A model generated the notes under the pieces. That model did not search any database. It was given only the letters and a program-made list of their open reading frames with translations, and was not told the DNA's origin. A stretch of 64,000 bases of DNA from Octopus sinensis. Lineage: Eukaryota. Below are positions 50,829 to 62,379 of the stretch, in pieces. A program made the translations under genes and the position numbers. Location: NCBI RefSeq assembly GCF_006345805.1, contig NC_042999.1:114080001-114144000 (forward strand), in the 5' to 3' direction. Each line of letters begins with the position of its first letter. Position 1 is the stretch's first letter.

Positions 50829-50859
<31 letters not shown>

Positions 50860-50906
50860 TTTTACCTATTTTAGTTATATCATTTGTGAAAATCTTAAAT
50901 TATATA

Positions 50907-51302
50907 GGCGCAGGAGTAGCTGTGTGGTAAGTAGCTTGCTAACCAACCACATGGTTCCGGGTTCAGTCCCACTGCGTGGCATCTTGGGCAAGTGTCTTCT
51001 GCTATAGCCCCGGGCAGACCAATGCCTTGTGAGTGGATTTGGTAGATGGAAACTGAAAGAAGCCTGTCGTATATATGTATATATATATATGTGTGTGTTT
51101 GTGTGTCTGTGTTTGTCCCCTTAGCATCGCTTAACAACCGATGCTGGTGTGTTTACGTCCCCGTCACTTAGCGGTTCGGCAAAAAAGAGACCGATAGAAT
51201 AAGTACTGGGCTTACAAAGAATAAGTCCCAGGGTCGAGTTGCTCGATTAAAGGCGGTGCTCCAGCATGGCTGCAGTCAAATGACTGAAACAAGTAAAAGA
51301 GA
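50907..51302 (+). mobile_element. SINE family A, best-preserved copy
   Basis: tRNA-like head (TGGTAAG A-box-like, GGTTCAGTCCC B-box-like), internal (TA/TG)n, CpGs retained, GAAACAAGTAAAAGAG tail. Confidence 0.92.
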
Positions 51303-51799
51303 ATAACAATATTGTTTGTAAGCAATCACCCATAGTGCCCCAAAATAAAATTTCCTCTGTATTAACATTTTAGGTTTCTTATCCCTTTAACTGGTAATTA
51401 ACATCATGATTTAAAGTTTATCCCTACCCTTCCTCTTTTATAGACAGTTACTTTCTATCCTAATGTCTTCTTTCCTTCCTGAAGAAAAGGGATACATATG
51501 AACATATGATGACCATACCTAGCCATGAGCTGTCAACTCACTCGTCCTTTATTCAAAATAGACACAGTCTTCTAGCCTTAGATTTAGTAGTTGATAAAGA
51601 GAAAAATGTATTAGAAATGAATTACAATCCTTTACAAAACTATGAGCCCAATAGGCTTCAATGTGATTCATGGAAGTGTAGTCTATTCTTAACTACAATA
51701 GTGACAACATGAATGTCTTCCATCTTCTTGCTCTATTAAAATATTTGAGAAAAATTATATTAATGTGTCTGATTGCTTAAAATTCTATTTATTTATTTG

Positions 51800-51885
51800 T
51801 GCAGCTGAAGATGGCACTGTATTTAAATTGATGTAATGATTGCATTGTTCAATTAAATGGAACCACTTGAAACAGTCATATTGCA
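51800..51885 (+). ncRNA. Hammerhead-like family H1, complete outline but decayed stem III
   Basis: TGCAG-CTGAAGA-stem II-GAAAC-agtc-ATA-TTGCA. Confidence 0.65.
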
Positions 51886-51984
51886 TCACTACTTGATATC
51901 CTGTTGCTTGTGCTTCTATGTAAGTACCTAATTCAACTGAATTTCAATTAATTCTTATACATATGTATAATGTATATATATCAT

Positions 51985-52320
51985 GATGATCATCATCATC
52001 GTTTAACGTCCGCTTTCCATGCTAGCATGGGTTGAATGATTTGACTGAGGAATGGCAAACCAGATAGCTGCACCAGGCTCTAATCTTGATCTGGCAGAGT
52101 TTCTACAGCTGGATGCCCTTCCTAACGCCAACCACTCCAAGAGTATAGTGGGTGCTTTTACGTGCCACCGGCACGAGGACCAGTCAGGCGGTACTGGCAA
52201 CAGCCATGCTCAAATGGTGTTTTTTTTACGTGCCACCTGCACAGGAGCCAGTCCAGCGGAACTGGCAATGATCTTGCTCGAATATTTTTCACGTGCCACC
52301 GGCACAAGTGCAAGTAAGGC
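51985..52320 (-). mobile_element. RTE family 1 3' UTR with internal repeats
   Basis: Colinear with 43020 and 59050. Three TTTT(A/C)ACGTGCCACC-type units. Confidence 0.87.
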
Positions 52321-52324
52321 AACG

Positions 52325-52387
<63 letters not shown>

Positions 52388-54024
52388 CATATATATATAT
52401 ATATATAATATATATAAGTGTATATTCTCTTTATTCAGTCATAGGACTCTAGCTATGCTGGAGCATTGCTCTAATTTATTTTCTTCCAGTTTTATTCTTG
52501 CTTTATAACAGAAAATTGCTCTCTGATTGAATCTATAGCAGCTGATGCACATTGGCGTATTATATAGATAGAAAGAAATAGCTGTGTGTGTATATGTAAA
52601 TTACTGTGTGTGTGTGTAGATCTGTGTTTTTATACTGTAGTCAAATAGTATTGTCCCAATGACCAAAAGTTCACCACCACCACCACTTTCTTCTTTGTTT
52701 CCTCCTCCTCATCCTCCTTTAGTTCACAGATGAAATGCTGTTTGCAGAGGATCAGTTTAGGTACAATGAAGCAGCAGCAGCAATAGCAACAACAACAGCA
52801 ACTACTACTACTACTATTAACACAACAAACAATCAACCAAACACCATCAAATGAACCAAAACTATTAAGTCACACAGCTGCTTAAGCCACAAGCATCTCT
52901 TACCTTTAAGCAGTGGTTATACTGATAAAAGGTGGATTAAAAACAAACCAGAACTTAATAAATAAACATGTAAAGTTTACTGATATAGGTAATAAGATAG
53001 TTTGTTATTGTTGTTTTTTTGTTTTGTCTTTTATTTTTTTAATTGCAAATTATATTGTTTTTTTTTTTTGTTTTTATCCACCCTGCTGTATTTTGATATA
53101 TAAGAAATATTCATCTTTCATTTCCTGTATCAACTGTTATCTTTTATCAGTAAATCCTAATATCTTAATAGAAAACATAATCCCAGCATGCATGCATGCA
53201 TACATACATACATACGTACCAGAGGCAACCCCAGGTCATTAGCATCACTCGGGCTCATCACAAATTTTGCATAAGACACTTGCCTGCTCAAAGAATTTTA
53301 TGTCTTTCTGCAATATTTCTTGCCCTAAATGGCTTATTTTGTATATCTATGCCTTTCTGTGTTTCTAAGTTAAAGATAAAATTAAAGCAACCCTGCAAAA
53401 CACAACTGATTTTTACACACAGATGCACAGAATAATGGCAATCAAATAATGACAGCAGAGTGCACAACAAACATCAGCGATCTGACTGTCGCCTGACAAG
53501 AGATGCCAGTTAGTCTTTTACACCTACTAGGCTCGTTCGTATTAGCCTGAGTTGCTGGATAATTTATCGTTCCTTTAAGAATATTGTAGAACGGAAACTT
53601 TTCATAGAGTGGAATTTAATTCCTAATCTCTATAGAAATTTATTGTTTCAAGAAAACATTGAATTTGAATTACTTTTAATTTTTACGATTATAGATAACA
53701 ACTCAGGTTGTAACTTCTGAGCCTGAGTCAAGCGCATGTGAATGCTGTTCAGAGAACGTCTGCTATGAATGATATTTTTTGACACGGCACCTCTAAGACG
53801 ACTGCCAGATGCTGAACGAAAATAAATGAACTGTGACCAGGCTCAATGAAAGGCACGTGAGTTAGTGGCTGAAATTACACACTTGAAGTCAGTGTTAGCA
53901 GAAATTAAATATGCTTGCAAATGCACATTCACTTTACTAAATCTATATTTGGGCTAAGCCTGAACAGCCCGAGTGTATGTACGTACCTACCTACCTACAT
54001 ACATACATCAGGTAAAAGTAATGG

Positions 54025-54325
54025 TAAAGACTTCCTTCAATCATGAATGACCATGGAATTGCATCTAGAAAGTTACTCTACTAGGCACAAGTTAGGGTAA
54101 GGTTGTTTATGGAAGACCAACAGTCACCCATGCATACCAATGTTCCTTTTCCATGCTATTGATGTTATCCAAGGGAAAGGCAAAGGCTGATACAGTTTGG
54201 CACCAGTAACATTGTAACTCATTTCTACAGCTGAGTGAATAGAGCAACGTGAAATACACAGCCAGGTCCAGGAATTGAACTCACTACCTTATGATTGGGA
54301 GCCTGATGCTCTAACCACTGAGCCA
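54025..54325 (-). mobile_element. SINE family C
   Basis: Reverse complement of 5015-5345. Confidence 0.8.
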
Positions 54326-54625
54326 TATGTATACATGAGAAGTGAGTGGGAAATGAGCAAGAGGGGGCAAAGGGCAGGAAGCAAAAGTAAGAGAAATAAA
54401 GGCATGGGAGAAAGGGGGATGGTTGAGAGTAGTATGGGCTATATAACAGGTTGAGTAAAAAGCAAGAAATGCTTTGAACCGTGAAGAATTTGTACCGGAT
54501 GTTTGCAGAATTTTGAATTTTTTAAACATTTTTTTGCAATTGTCTAATAATACAGACATAGACTGCTCAAATGCATCAATAAATTAACATTGATATTTTT
54601 TTCATCGTTGTTACAATCGTCTGAA

Positions 54626-55100
54626 ATGGAACTGTCAAAGTGTGATATTCGAGCAATTTTGCTATTCAATTTCAAAAAAGGACATAAAGCAGCTGAAACT
54701 GCTTGTGATATCAACGAAATGTTTGGTGAGAAAATGACCAGCAAGTGGTCAGCTCGAAAATGGTTTAAATGATTTCACAGTGAAGACCTGAGCCTTGAAG
54801 ATCATGAGCATAGTGGAAACCATCTGTCATCGATGGTGGTCAATTAAAGACCGTCATTGAGAAAGATCCACATGAAACCACCTGAGAACTGGCAGAAGAA
54901 CTTCAAGTTAGCCAGGAAACTGCCTGCAACCAATTTGCATGTGATTGGAAAATCAAAAATTGTCAACAAATGGGTACCACATGATTTGAATGAAAATCAG
55001 AAAATGTGCAGATACGAAATTTGCTCGTCGCTTCTTCTCTGCAACTAGACCGATCCATTTCTTAACCATATTGTAACTTGCGATAAAAAAGTAGATTCTG
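54626..55100 (+). pseudogene. Mariner (Hsmar1/cecropia-like) transposase N-terminal half
   Basis: IRAILLFNFKKGHKAAETACDINEMFG, SLEDHEHSG, KWVPHDLNENQK..RYEICSSLLL, PFLNHIVTCDKK. Stops and frameshifts; ends at the first catalytic Asp. Confidence 0.9.
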
Positions 55101-56520
55101 TTAGTTATCAAGTAGTGGGGAGACACATACAAACACAGAAAAAAAATACACCCACATGGACACAATAGACTTCCACACAGTTTCTATTTACCAAATTCAC
55201 TTACAAGGCATTGTTCAGCCTGGGGCTGTAGCAAAAGACATTTGTCCAAAGTGATGGCAGTGGGACTGAACCTGACACCATATGGTTGCTAAGTGACCTT
55301 CTTGACCACAGTCTCTCTCTCTCTCTTTATATAGCATCATCATCATCATGGTGAAATTGCTTTCTGGATTTCTGATTATTAGCTTCATCAGCAACAAAAA
55401 TCCACACCATTTCACCATTTCATGTCAAGCAAACATCAGCTGCTACTGATACAATTAAACAGTGATTGAAAGGTCACTGATGTTGCATTTAGCTGGCAGG
55501 CTGAACAAAAATTCAGTATTAGTGATGGAAGCAGTATTAGTTAAAAATTAGTGATCTATATACATAAAGTGCATATACTGGTGAAAGTCTTTTAAACACC
55601 ACGGTATTTATCTTGAAAAGGTATCTCTTAAGTATGTATAGTGTTAAAAACACAGAAAAATATCAACAGCAGGCAAAGATAGTTCTCTCTCTTATTCTCA
55701 TGACATTAATTAACATTTACAAGTTTATCTGGAAAGCAACTGTTTATAGATTTATCACTCTGAAGTTTAAAATCTGTTTTATTGCATAATTTAAAACTAT
55801 CAATTCCCATTGTTCATTCAATGCATTTACAAGAATCTTGTGTTAACAAGGAGATTCTTTTTAATGCAATTCAATACAACACTCACCAATGAAGTCTTTG
55901 TGGAGCTTTTAAAGTAATTGCAATATTTACGGGCATACAAGTGGGACTCATCAAGTATTACTGCTTTTTATGGATTTAGGATAAGTGTGCTGTTACAGTG
56001 CAATATATTAGAAGAGAATGGGCAACCAGAAGTACTGAGGAACTGATGATCTTGTAGAGCTGATAAGAGCACTATCACTCTTTGTTTAACTATAAAAGAT
56101 CCTACTTCAAATCCTGTCTGGTATTATGTGCATATCCAGGAATTGGACAATCAGTAATGATTGGAGGTCATGTAGAAAGCTGATTTGCAATATGTACCTG
56201 CAGAAAAACTTATCTAGTACAGACGAGTACCCTATCTTGAGAGAAATAATCTCTTACTAATTTAACCCTTCATGTTCAAATTGACCAAATCCAACCTCTC
56301 ATACCTACCCTAAAATGTCAATCTAAAAATAAACAATAACACCATTGAAATCTTAAAGTTATGAGATAACACATGGTTAATTTAAAAGAATGTGAATAAA
56401 TAAATATCACCTTTCACAGATTAATCTGAATGTTAAAGAGTTAAATGCTTGTGATACTCAACTGCCTGAGATTGCTTCACATTCTACAATACAAACTTAT
56501 GGTTTAAAGTGATCTAAATT

Positions 56521-57388
56521 AAAACAATCCCAAAAGAAACCAAAATTGTGCAATATTATTTTATTTAGTTTTACATGTTTACACTTTTATCGCCTTCAAA
56601 CTATTCTCCATTTGAAGCAATGCATCGGTCCAGGTGTATTTTCCACTGTTGGAAGCAGTGATAGAACTCTTGTGAAGTAATGTCTTTTAATGCCTCTGTT
56701 GTTTTTTCTTCACCTCATCCACATCTGCAAATTCAGTAGCACCAGCTTACATCACCAGTGATGACCTTCGAAAAAAAGGTCTGGATCAACTTCCAACTGT
56801 TCTTTCAGTTCATGACACACTTTCAGTTGTGCTTGCTTTTGATCTTCCATGAGCAAGCAAAGCACAAATTTTGCTGCAACTCTTTTCATTTGCAATTTCT
56901 TGCTCAAAATTCGTTGGCAGGAGCTCCAGGACACACAAGTCAAATTAACAAGTTTGTCAATTGTTCGGTGATGGCCCTCCAAGACCAGTTCATGAATTTG
57001 GGAGGCTGACAGTCACCCTGAAAGAGGTTGGTCCACAAGCAACAAGTGACCATTTCTAAAGCATGAAAGCCATTTGTAAACTAGTGTTTGCTCATGGTAG
57101 TAGCCTTGTAAGCTGTTTGAAGTATGACAACTGTTTCAGCCACTGTTTTCCCCAGCAGAAAACAGAATTTTACAGAAGCTCATTGTTCCTTCATTTCAGC
57201 CATCACAAAAATCGATGAACAGGGGAGAAGCACTGCAAAACAAAGACGCACCACATGGCAGTATGACCTGATTGGACAATGTCAGTCAGCTGAGTGATGT
57301 CTGCAGATTGTACCAAGTGGCTCCTAGAAGTGACAATGGGCTTGTCACACACAGAACATTTCCGGTTACTTTTGGGTATTCCCTCGTA
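56521..57388 (-). mobile_element. Internally deleted mariner element
   Basis: TA-CGAGGGAATACCCAAAAGTAACCGGAA TIR at 57359-57388 and a degenerate partner at 56521-56546. MKRVAAKFVL...DPDLF joins FADVDEVKKKTTEALK...DRCIASNGE. Confidence 0.87.
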
Positions 57389-58654
57389 GGATTTCCTTTT
57401 TTTGCACCATATATTTTCACCCAATTCTGGCTTAAATGCCTCTCCCCTCATTAACAAGAGGTTCTTCTATTCTGACATTTAAGCACCTCCCAGTTGAGAT
57501 GTTATAGAAGCAGTTCTTGGATAGTTTTAACTTTGGTGAGGAATCTGTGTTGTGTAGTGTTATTTTTTAACATAGTTCTGATATTATGTGAATGCAGACT
57601 TCCTAAATTTTTTTTTAGGTAATCCCTTGCAGTAAAATTGTGAGAGAAAGTGGAACTTACCTACTACTTGCTAAGTTGAAACGTAGGTGATATACTCTAC
57701 TTCATATGTGAAAGATTAATGAGAGAAAGAGTACTCAACAATAGTAACAAAAACATAAAAAGAAACTTTTGCAATTGATATATACAAACTACAGTTGTAA
57801 AAACACTATCATAAACATGTTAACCTAGAAAAAAATGGGACAGATAAAAGTAATGCATATATACATTCATACTTCCATACACACGCGTGCACACACACAT
57901 AAACAAACACATACTGAGATTTAAAGAGAAAGAAAAGCTACTTCAGTGAGCATGAAATTTGAAGCATCTTCGTTATAGCTATATTTCTATTTATTGTATC
58001 TACACACATGAACCTGTAGTTACACACACATACATATACACATATATATGTATGCATGTGTGTGCTAAAATGTAAAGGAATCTCACTTTGGTTTTGGTTT
58101 TGACAATGAGTATTCCAGATTTTGATCAATGGAACTGAAGTTTATATTTATGTATGAAAGTAAAGTGGATCTCACACCCAGTTCTACAATGACAATTCCA
58201 ATTATTCAAATAAATAAATTAATTAAAATGTAAGTAGCCGAGTATTCCACAGACACTTGTAGCTGTAACTTAATCCTCAGAAAGTATCAGTATGAAACAG
58301 TATCTGACAGGGGCTAGACCTTTGAATTATAAATACAGTATATCTAATGGGCTATCATAGAGATTCTTGCAACTGAATTTCATTGACTACACTTGGGTAA
58401 ATCTTATATATATATGGGCTCCACTACCTCAAATGTTCTTAAAATTTAAATCCACATCTTTGTCTATGTATCTACCTTCTTTCTCTATAATGTTGCCACT
58501 TGAAATGAAAATTTTTGTATTAATGGAAAACCTCTATAATTGGCTGATGAGTGCTCAGCACTTTAAAACTGTTGTAATACTTACAACATTTAATAAAACG
58601 ATGTAGTACGAAACGATCGTACCAAATTACCGGAGTCATTCTTGTTGCTTATTT

Positions 58655-58704
<50 letters not shown>

Positions 58705-58708
<4 letters not shown>

Positions 58709-59012
58709 CGTGACTTTTGATTACGTGACCGACCAGACCATCAGATGTTTTACACATCACTGGTCACAATGCGTTCGCACTGTTTTAGCCTTCAAATGAC
58801 GCCACCCCGCTGGCTAAGCGAGCAGGCCAACAGAAGAAAGAGAGAAAGAGTGGTGAAAGAGTACAGCAGGGATCACCACCCCCTGCCGGAGCCTCGTGGA
58901 GCTTTTAGGTGTTTTTCGCTCAATAAACACTCACAACGCCTGGTCTGGGAATCGAAACCGCGATCCTATGACCGCGAGTCCGCTGCCCTAACCACTGGGC
59001 CATTGCGCCTTC
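58705..59012 (-). mobile_element. SINE family E variant, well preserved
   Basis: Minus-strand head GGCGCAATGGCCCAGTGGTTAGG...GGTTTCGATTCCC, CpG-rich. Confidence 0.87.
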
Positions 59013-59049
59013 ACACACACACACACACACATATATATATACATATGTA

Positions 59050-59310
59050 TCATCATCATCGTTTAACGTCCGCTTTCCATGCTAGCATGGGTTGGACGGT
59101 TCAACTGGGGTCTGGGGAGCCCGAAGGCTGCACCAGGCCAGTCAGATCTGGCAGTGTTTCTACAGCTGGATGCCCTTCCTAACGCCAACCACTCCGAGAG
59201 TGTAGTGGGTGATTTTATGTGCCACCGACACAGGTGCCAGACGAGGCTGGCGAACAGCCACGCTCGGATGGTGTTTTTTATGTGCCACCGACACAGGTGC
59301 CAGACGAGTG
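59050..59310 (-). mobile_element. RTE family 1 3' UTR
   Basis: Same terminus as 43020. Two TTTTATGTGCCACCGACACAGGTGCCAGACGAG units. Confidence 0.87.
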
Positions 59311-59530
59311 TGCGCTTGTTTTAGTCATTGAACTGCAGGCATGGTGGGTCACTGTCTTCAAGGATTTAGTCAAACTGATCTCACTACTTTTTTTTTCAAA
59401 GCCTAGTACTAATTCTATTGGACTCTTGTTGAACTGCTAAGTTACAGGAGCATAAACAGATGAACACCAGTTGTCAAGTGGTGGTAGTGGACAAACACAT
59501 ACAAAAAAAAAACACACACAAATGGTATAT

Positions 59531-62244
59531 CCCTTTAGTGCTCAGATTAATTTGTCAAATATAATGCTTATCTGTTCACATTAATTTTGATTTATTCAGG
59601 TTCAAGTGGGCTGTTAATTTTCTACATACAGATTTGAAATTTTGTAACTGGGTGCTTATAAGCCAGTGGTTTATAATTACGTAATTTTAGCTGATCTTTC
59701 TGACTAAATTTGACTTTTATGGGCAGGTAAATTTAATTAACAGGTGTAAAAACAATAACATTATGAATAAAAACTAAAATTCATATTCTTAATACATCTT
59801 ACCTGTTTGGTTTGCTGCTAAAATTATCCCAGATGTCAACGGCCAACAATTTTACATTTTTCAAGATGAGGTACATTAATTTGAATTAATTAAAATACAG
59901 GTGTAATCGGTACAAGATTTTACTCTTTCTCTATATTTCATTCAAACGTCATAATTGAAAAGAAAGTACAAAACTCTTTTACTAGTCAATATACCATTGG
60001 CTATGCATTCTTATACAATTTAACGAATTCATTCACGTAACAGAATGCATCTAATAAAAAAATCTCATTAACAGGTGAGACAAAGGTGAATACAGGTGTT
60101 GTAACATACTGAAAATTAATATGTAGTTCTCACTTTCACATATTATATAATAAAATGAAAAGGAATATGCAAAATTATGCACTTATGGCATATTTCTGTA
60201 AATAGGGCACTTGGCAAAACGAACATATATGAGGTCTCGACCTTGTACCCTTTCGCAGTTTTTCTTTTTTGCAGCGAACACAGTCTGCAAACTCTTTTTC
60301 GTCCGTTTATTTTTTCGACTTAATGAAAGTTAATATTTCCTGTTGACATCCACCTCAGTTAATTTTGCTTTTCTCCCAATTCTGTGCTTTCTAGAAGAAA
60401 AGCCCTCGCGTAACTGATATGCGATGTCAACCCGAAATTTCAAGTGGTCGTAGTCTTTCGGTGGCGGAGGTACTTTGTGGCTTTTTACATATACAATGTG
60501 TGCATTTACTATAGTTGAATTAACTAAAAACCACAAAATGTACCTCCACCATTTCTTCTTAGGTCGACCAACTGGGTAATATGCCCGATATTGGTCGGAT
60601 TTATCTACCCCACCCATTTATTTGTTGTAACAAATATTCACAAGGGGTTTCCCCTCAGCACCAACACCAGGTTGTTCATTAGAAGACAGAAATAAAATCT
60701 GTCTTTTGTCTTTAAAAGCAGTAACTAATAAATTTTCTTTTTGCATTTGCAAAATGTCCCCTCTTTTTTTTTAAAATTTTGTTTTTATTTCATGGGGTAA
60801 ACCTTTACGGTTTCCCATAACAGTACTGCACATGTAAGTGCTTACACGGGCAAGATTTTCAGCCAAAGCCACCGAAGAAAAAAAAACGGTCGAAATAGGT
60901 GTCGGTGCTGATGGTGAAAAGGTTGGGTAAGAGACCATACAACATCATGTCCCAATCCATGCGGTCTTTTCCTATTATACTTCTTACTTGTGTAAACATC
61001 GAAGTTTACACAGTATCCCGTCTCCGATTCACAAACTTCCCTTACCTTGATCCTCAATTTAGTAGGTTTGGCAGGCATGTACTGCCGAAAATGTACTCTG
61101 TCCTTATAGCCTATCATGGCTTCATCTACACTGAGATTTTTCCTAGGTAAATAAACAGTTTTATAATTATTTACAAGTAAATCTATCACGGGACGTACTT
61201 TGTACAGGGAATCGTAGTTTGGGTCGTTTTTGTTGGGGGCATTGGCAGAATCAGTTAAATGCAAATACTGAGATATTTTCGAATACCTCGTCTTCGACAT
61301 GATGCTCGAAATATATGGGTCGCCATACCTTACATCGGGACTCCAATAGTTCCACAGTCGATGAAGCTGTTTAACTCCAAACATAATGTTAATTGTGAAA
61401 AATGCTCTCATTTCCGCTGTATTAGATGGCTGCCATAGAGGATCGTTTCTTCTTCGAACAGAAATTAAATGTTGCGCATATTTGTTCGTTTCCTCCGCAA
61501 CATTTTCAAACAAAAAACCTTCAGGCAAAAATAAAAATAGATAGTCCAGTGGTTGAGCATCAGGAGGTAAATTATGTTGTGGATCAGTGTTGTCTGTAAA
61601 ATCAGAAATTGTGTTTGGTGACGTAATTTTCGACCATGTTACCTTTTTTTTTTTTTTGTTTTTTTAAGGTTCAGCTCAGAGCTGCGGCCATGATGATGCA
61701 CCGCCGTTTACAATATCGTTTTCGTCACTTTCGTTATCGAAATCTTCTTCGCCCGACGAGTAATCACTGATATCAATATCAGATTCATCCGAAGTCAAAA
61801 TACTTTTGTTTTCGTTGATATCTTCAATATCATCAATAGTAAAACCTTCAAAGTCGGAATCGCTACTTGCTGACGCCATTTCTTTCACAACAAACGACAC
61901 TTCTCTTCAAACGTGGAAATAACCGATATTTTTATTACCCATGGGGGTTTACATAAATGGGGACAGCACAACATGATTTGGGGTCATGTGATACAAGTAA
62001 TTAAAAACGAATGAATAAAACTATTTACAGTAAAATCGGATGGTGGCCTAAACAATTTCATAGTATTTATACTTGATTAAAGGCGGGAAATGTTTCATCT
62101 CGCATTATCTCAAAGCTACGAGAATTCAATAACGTCATTTGTTTATTTTTTTAGTGATTTCGTAGAGCAGTCGGATACGGCCGGATTTGGCCGGTTTGAA
62201 CAAATAAAGGGGAATTAGTTTTGGCCGGCTTGAACACTAAAGGG
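59531..62244 (-). mobile_element. Full-length decayed piggyBac-superfamily transposon (2714 bp)
   Basis: TIR CCCTTTAGTG(C/T)TCA at 59531-59544 and 62231-62244. ATAT on both flanks. Subterminal direct repeat TTGGCCGG(T/C)TTGAACA. Confidence 0.92.
60180..61879 (-). pseudogene. piggyBac DDD transposase, frameshifted
   Basis: Acidic N-terminus MASASSDSDFEGF, YKVRPVID, LSVDEAMIGYK...RQYMPAKPTK (first D), frameshifted HLF-DRFF (second D), MGGVDKSDQ (third D), KKWWRYILW, Cys-rich remnant CRLC at ~60290. Confidence 0.92.
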
Positions 62245-62251
62245 ATATACA

Positions 62252-62295
<44 letters not shown>

Positions 62296-62314
62296 TATAC
62301 TAAAGGGATATACA

Positions 62315-62358
<44 letters not shown>

Positions 62359-62379
62359 ATATACATACACAACGGGCTT

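Noticed and set aside
52730-52854. Plus-strand terminal exon candidate EMLFAEDQFRYNEAAAA...
   Set aside because: The pyrimidine tract is a (CCT)n microsatellite, most of the peptide is trinucleotide repeat, and there is no homology.
53440-53900. CpG-richer unique block with small hairpins, AATAAA and a GTGAGT donor
   Set aside because: It could be regulatory or exonic, but I can support no ORF, RNA family or repeat structure.
59213-59310. Repeat-spacer-repeat pattern resembling CRISPR
   Set aside because: There are only two units, inside an RTE 3' UTR, in eukaryotic DNA with no cas genes.
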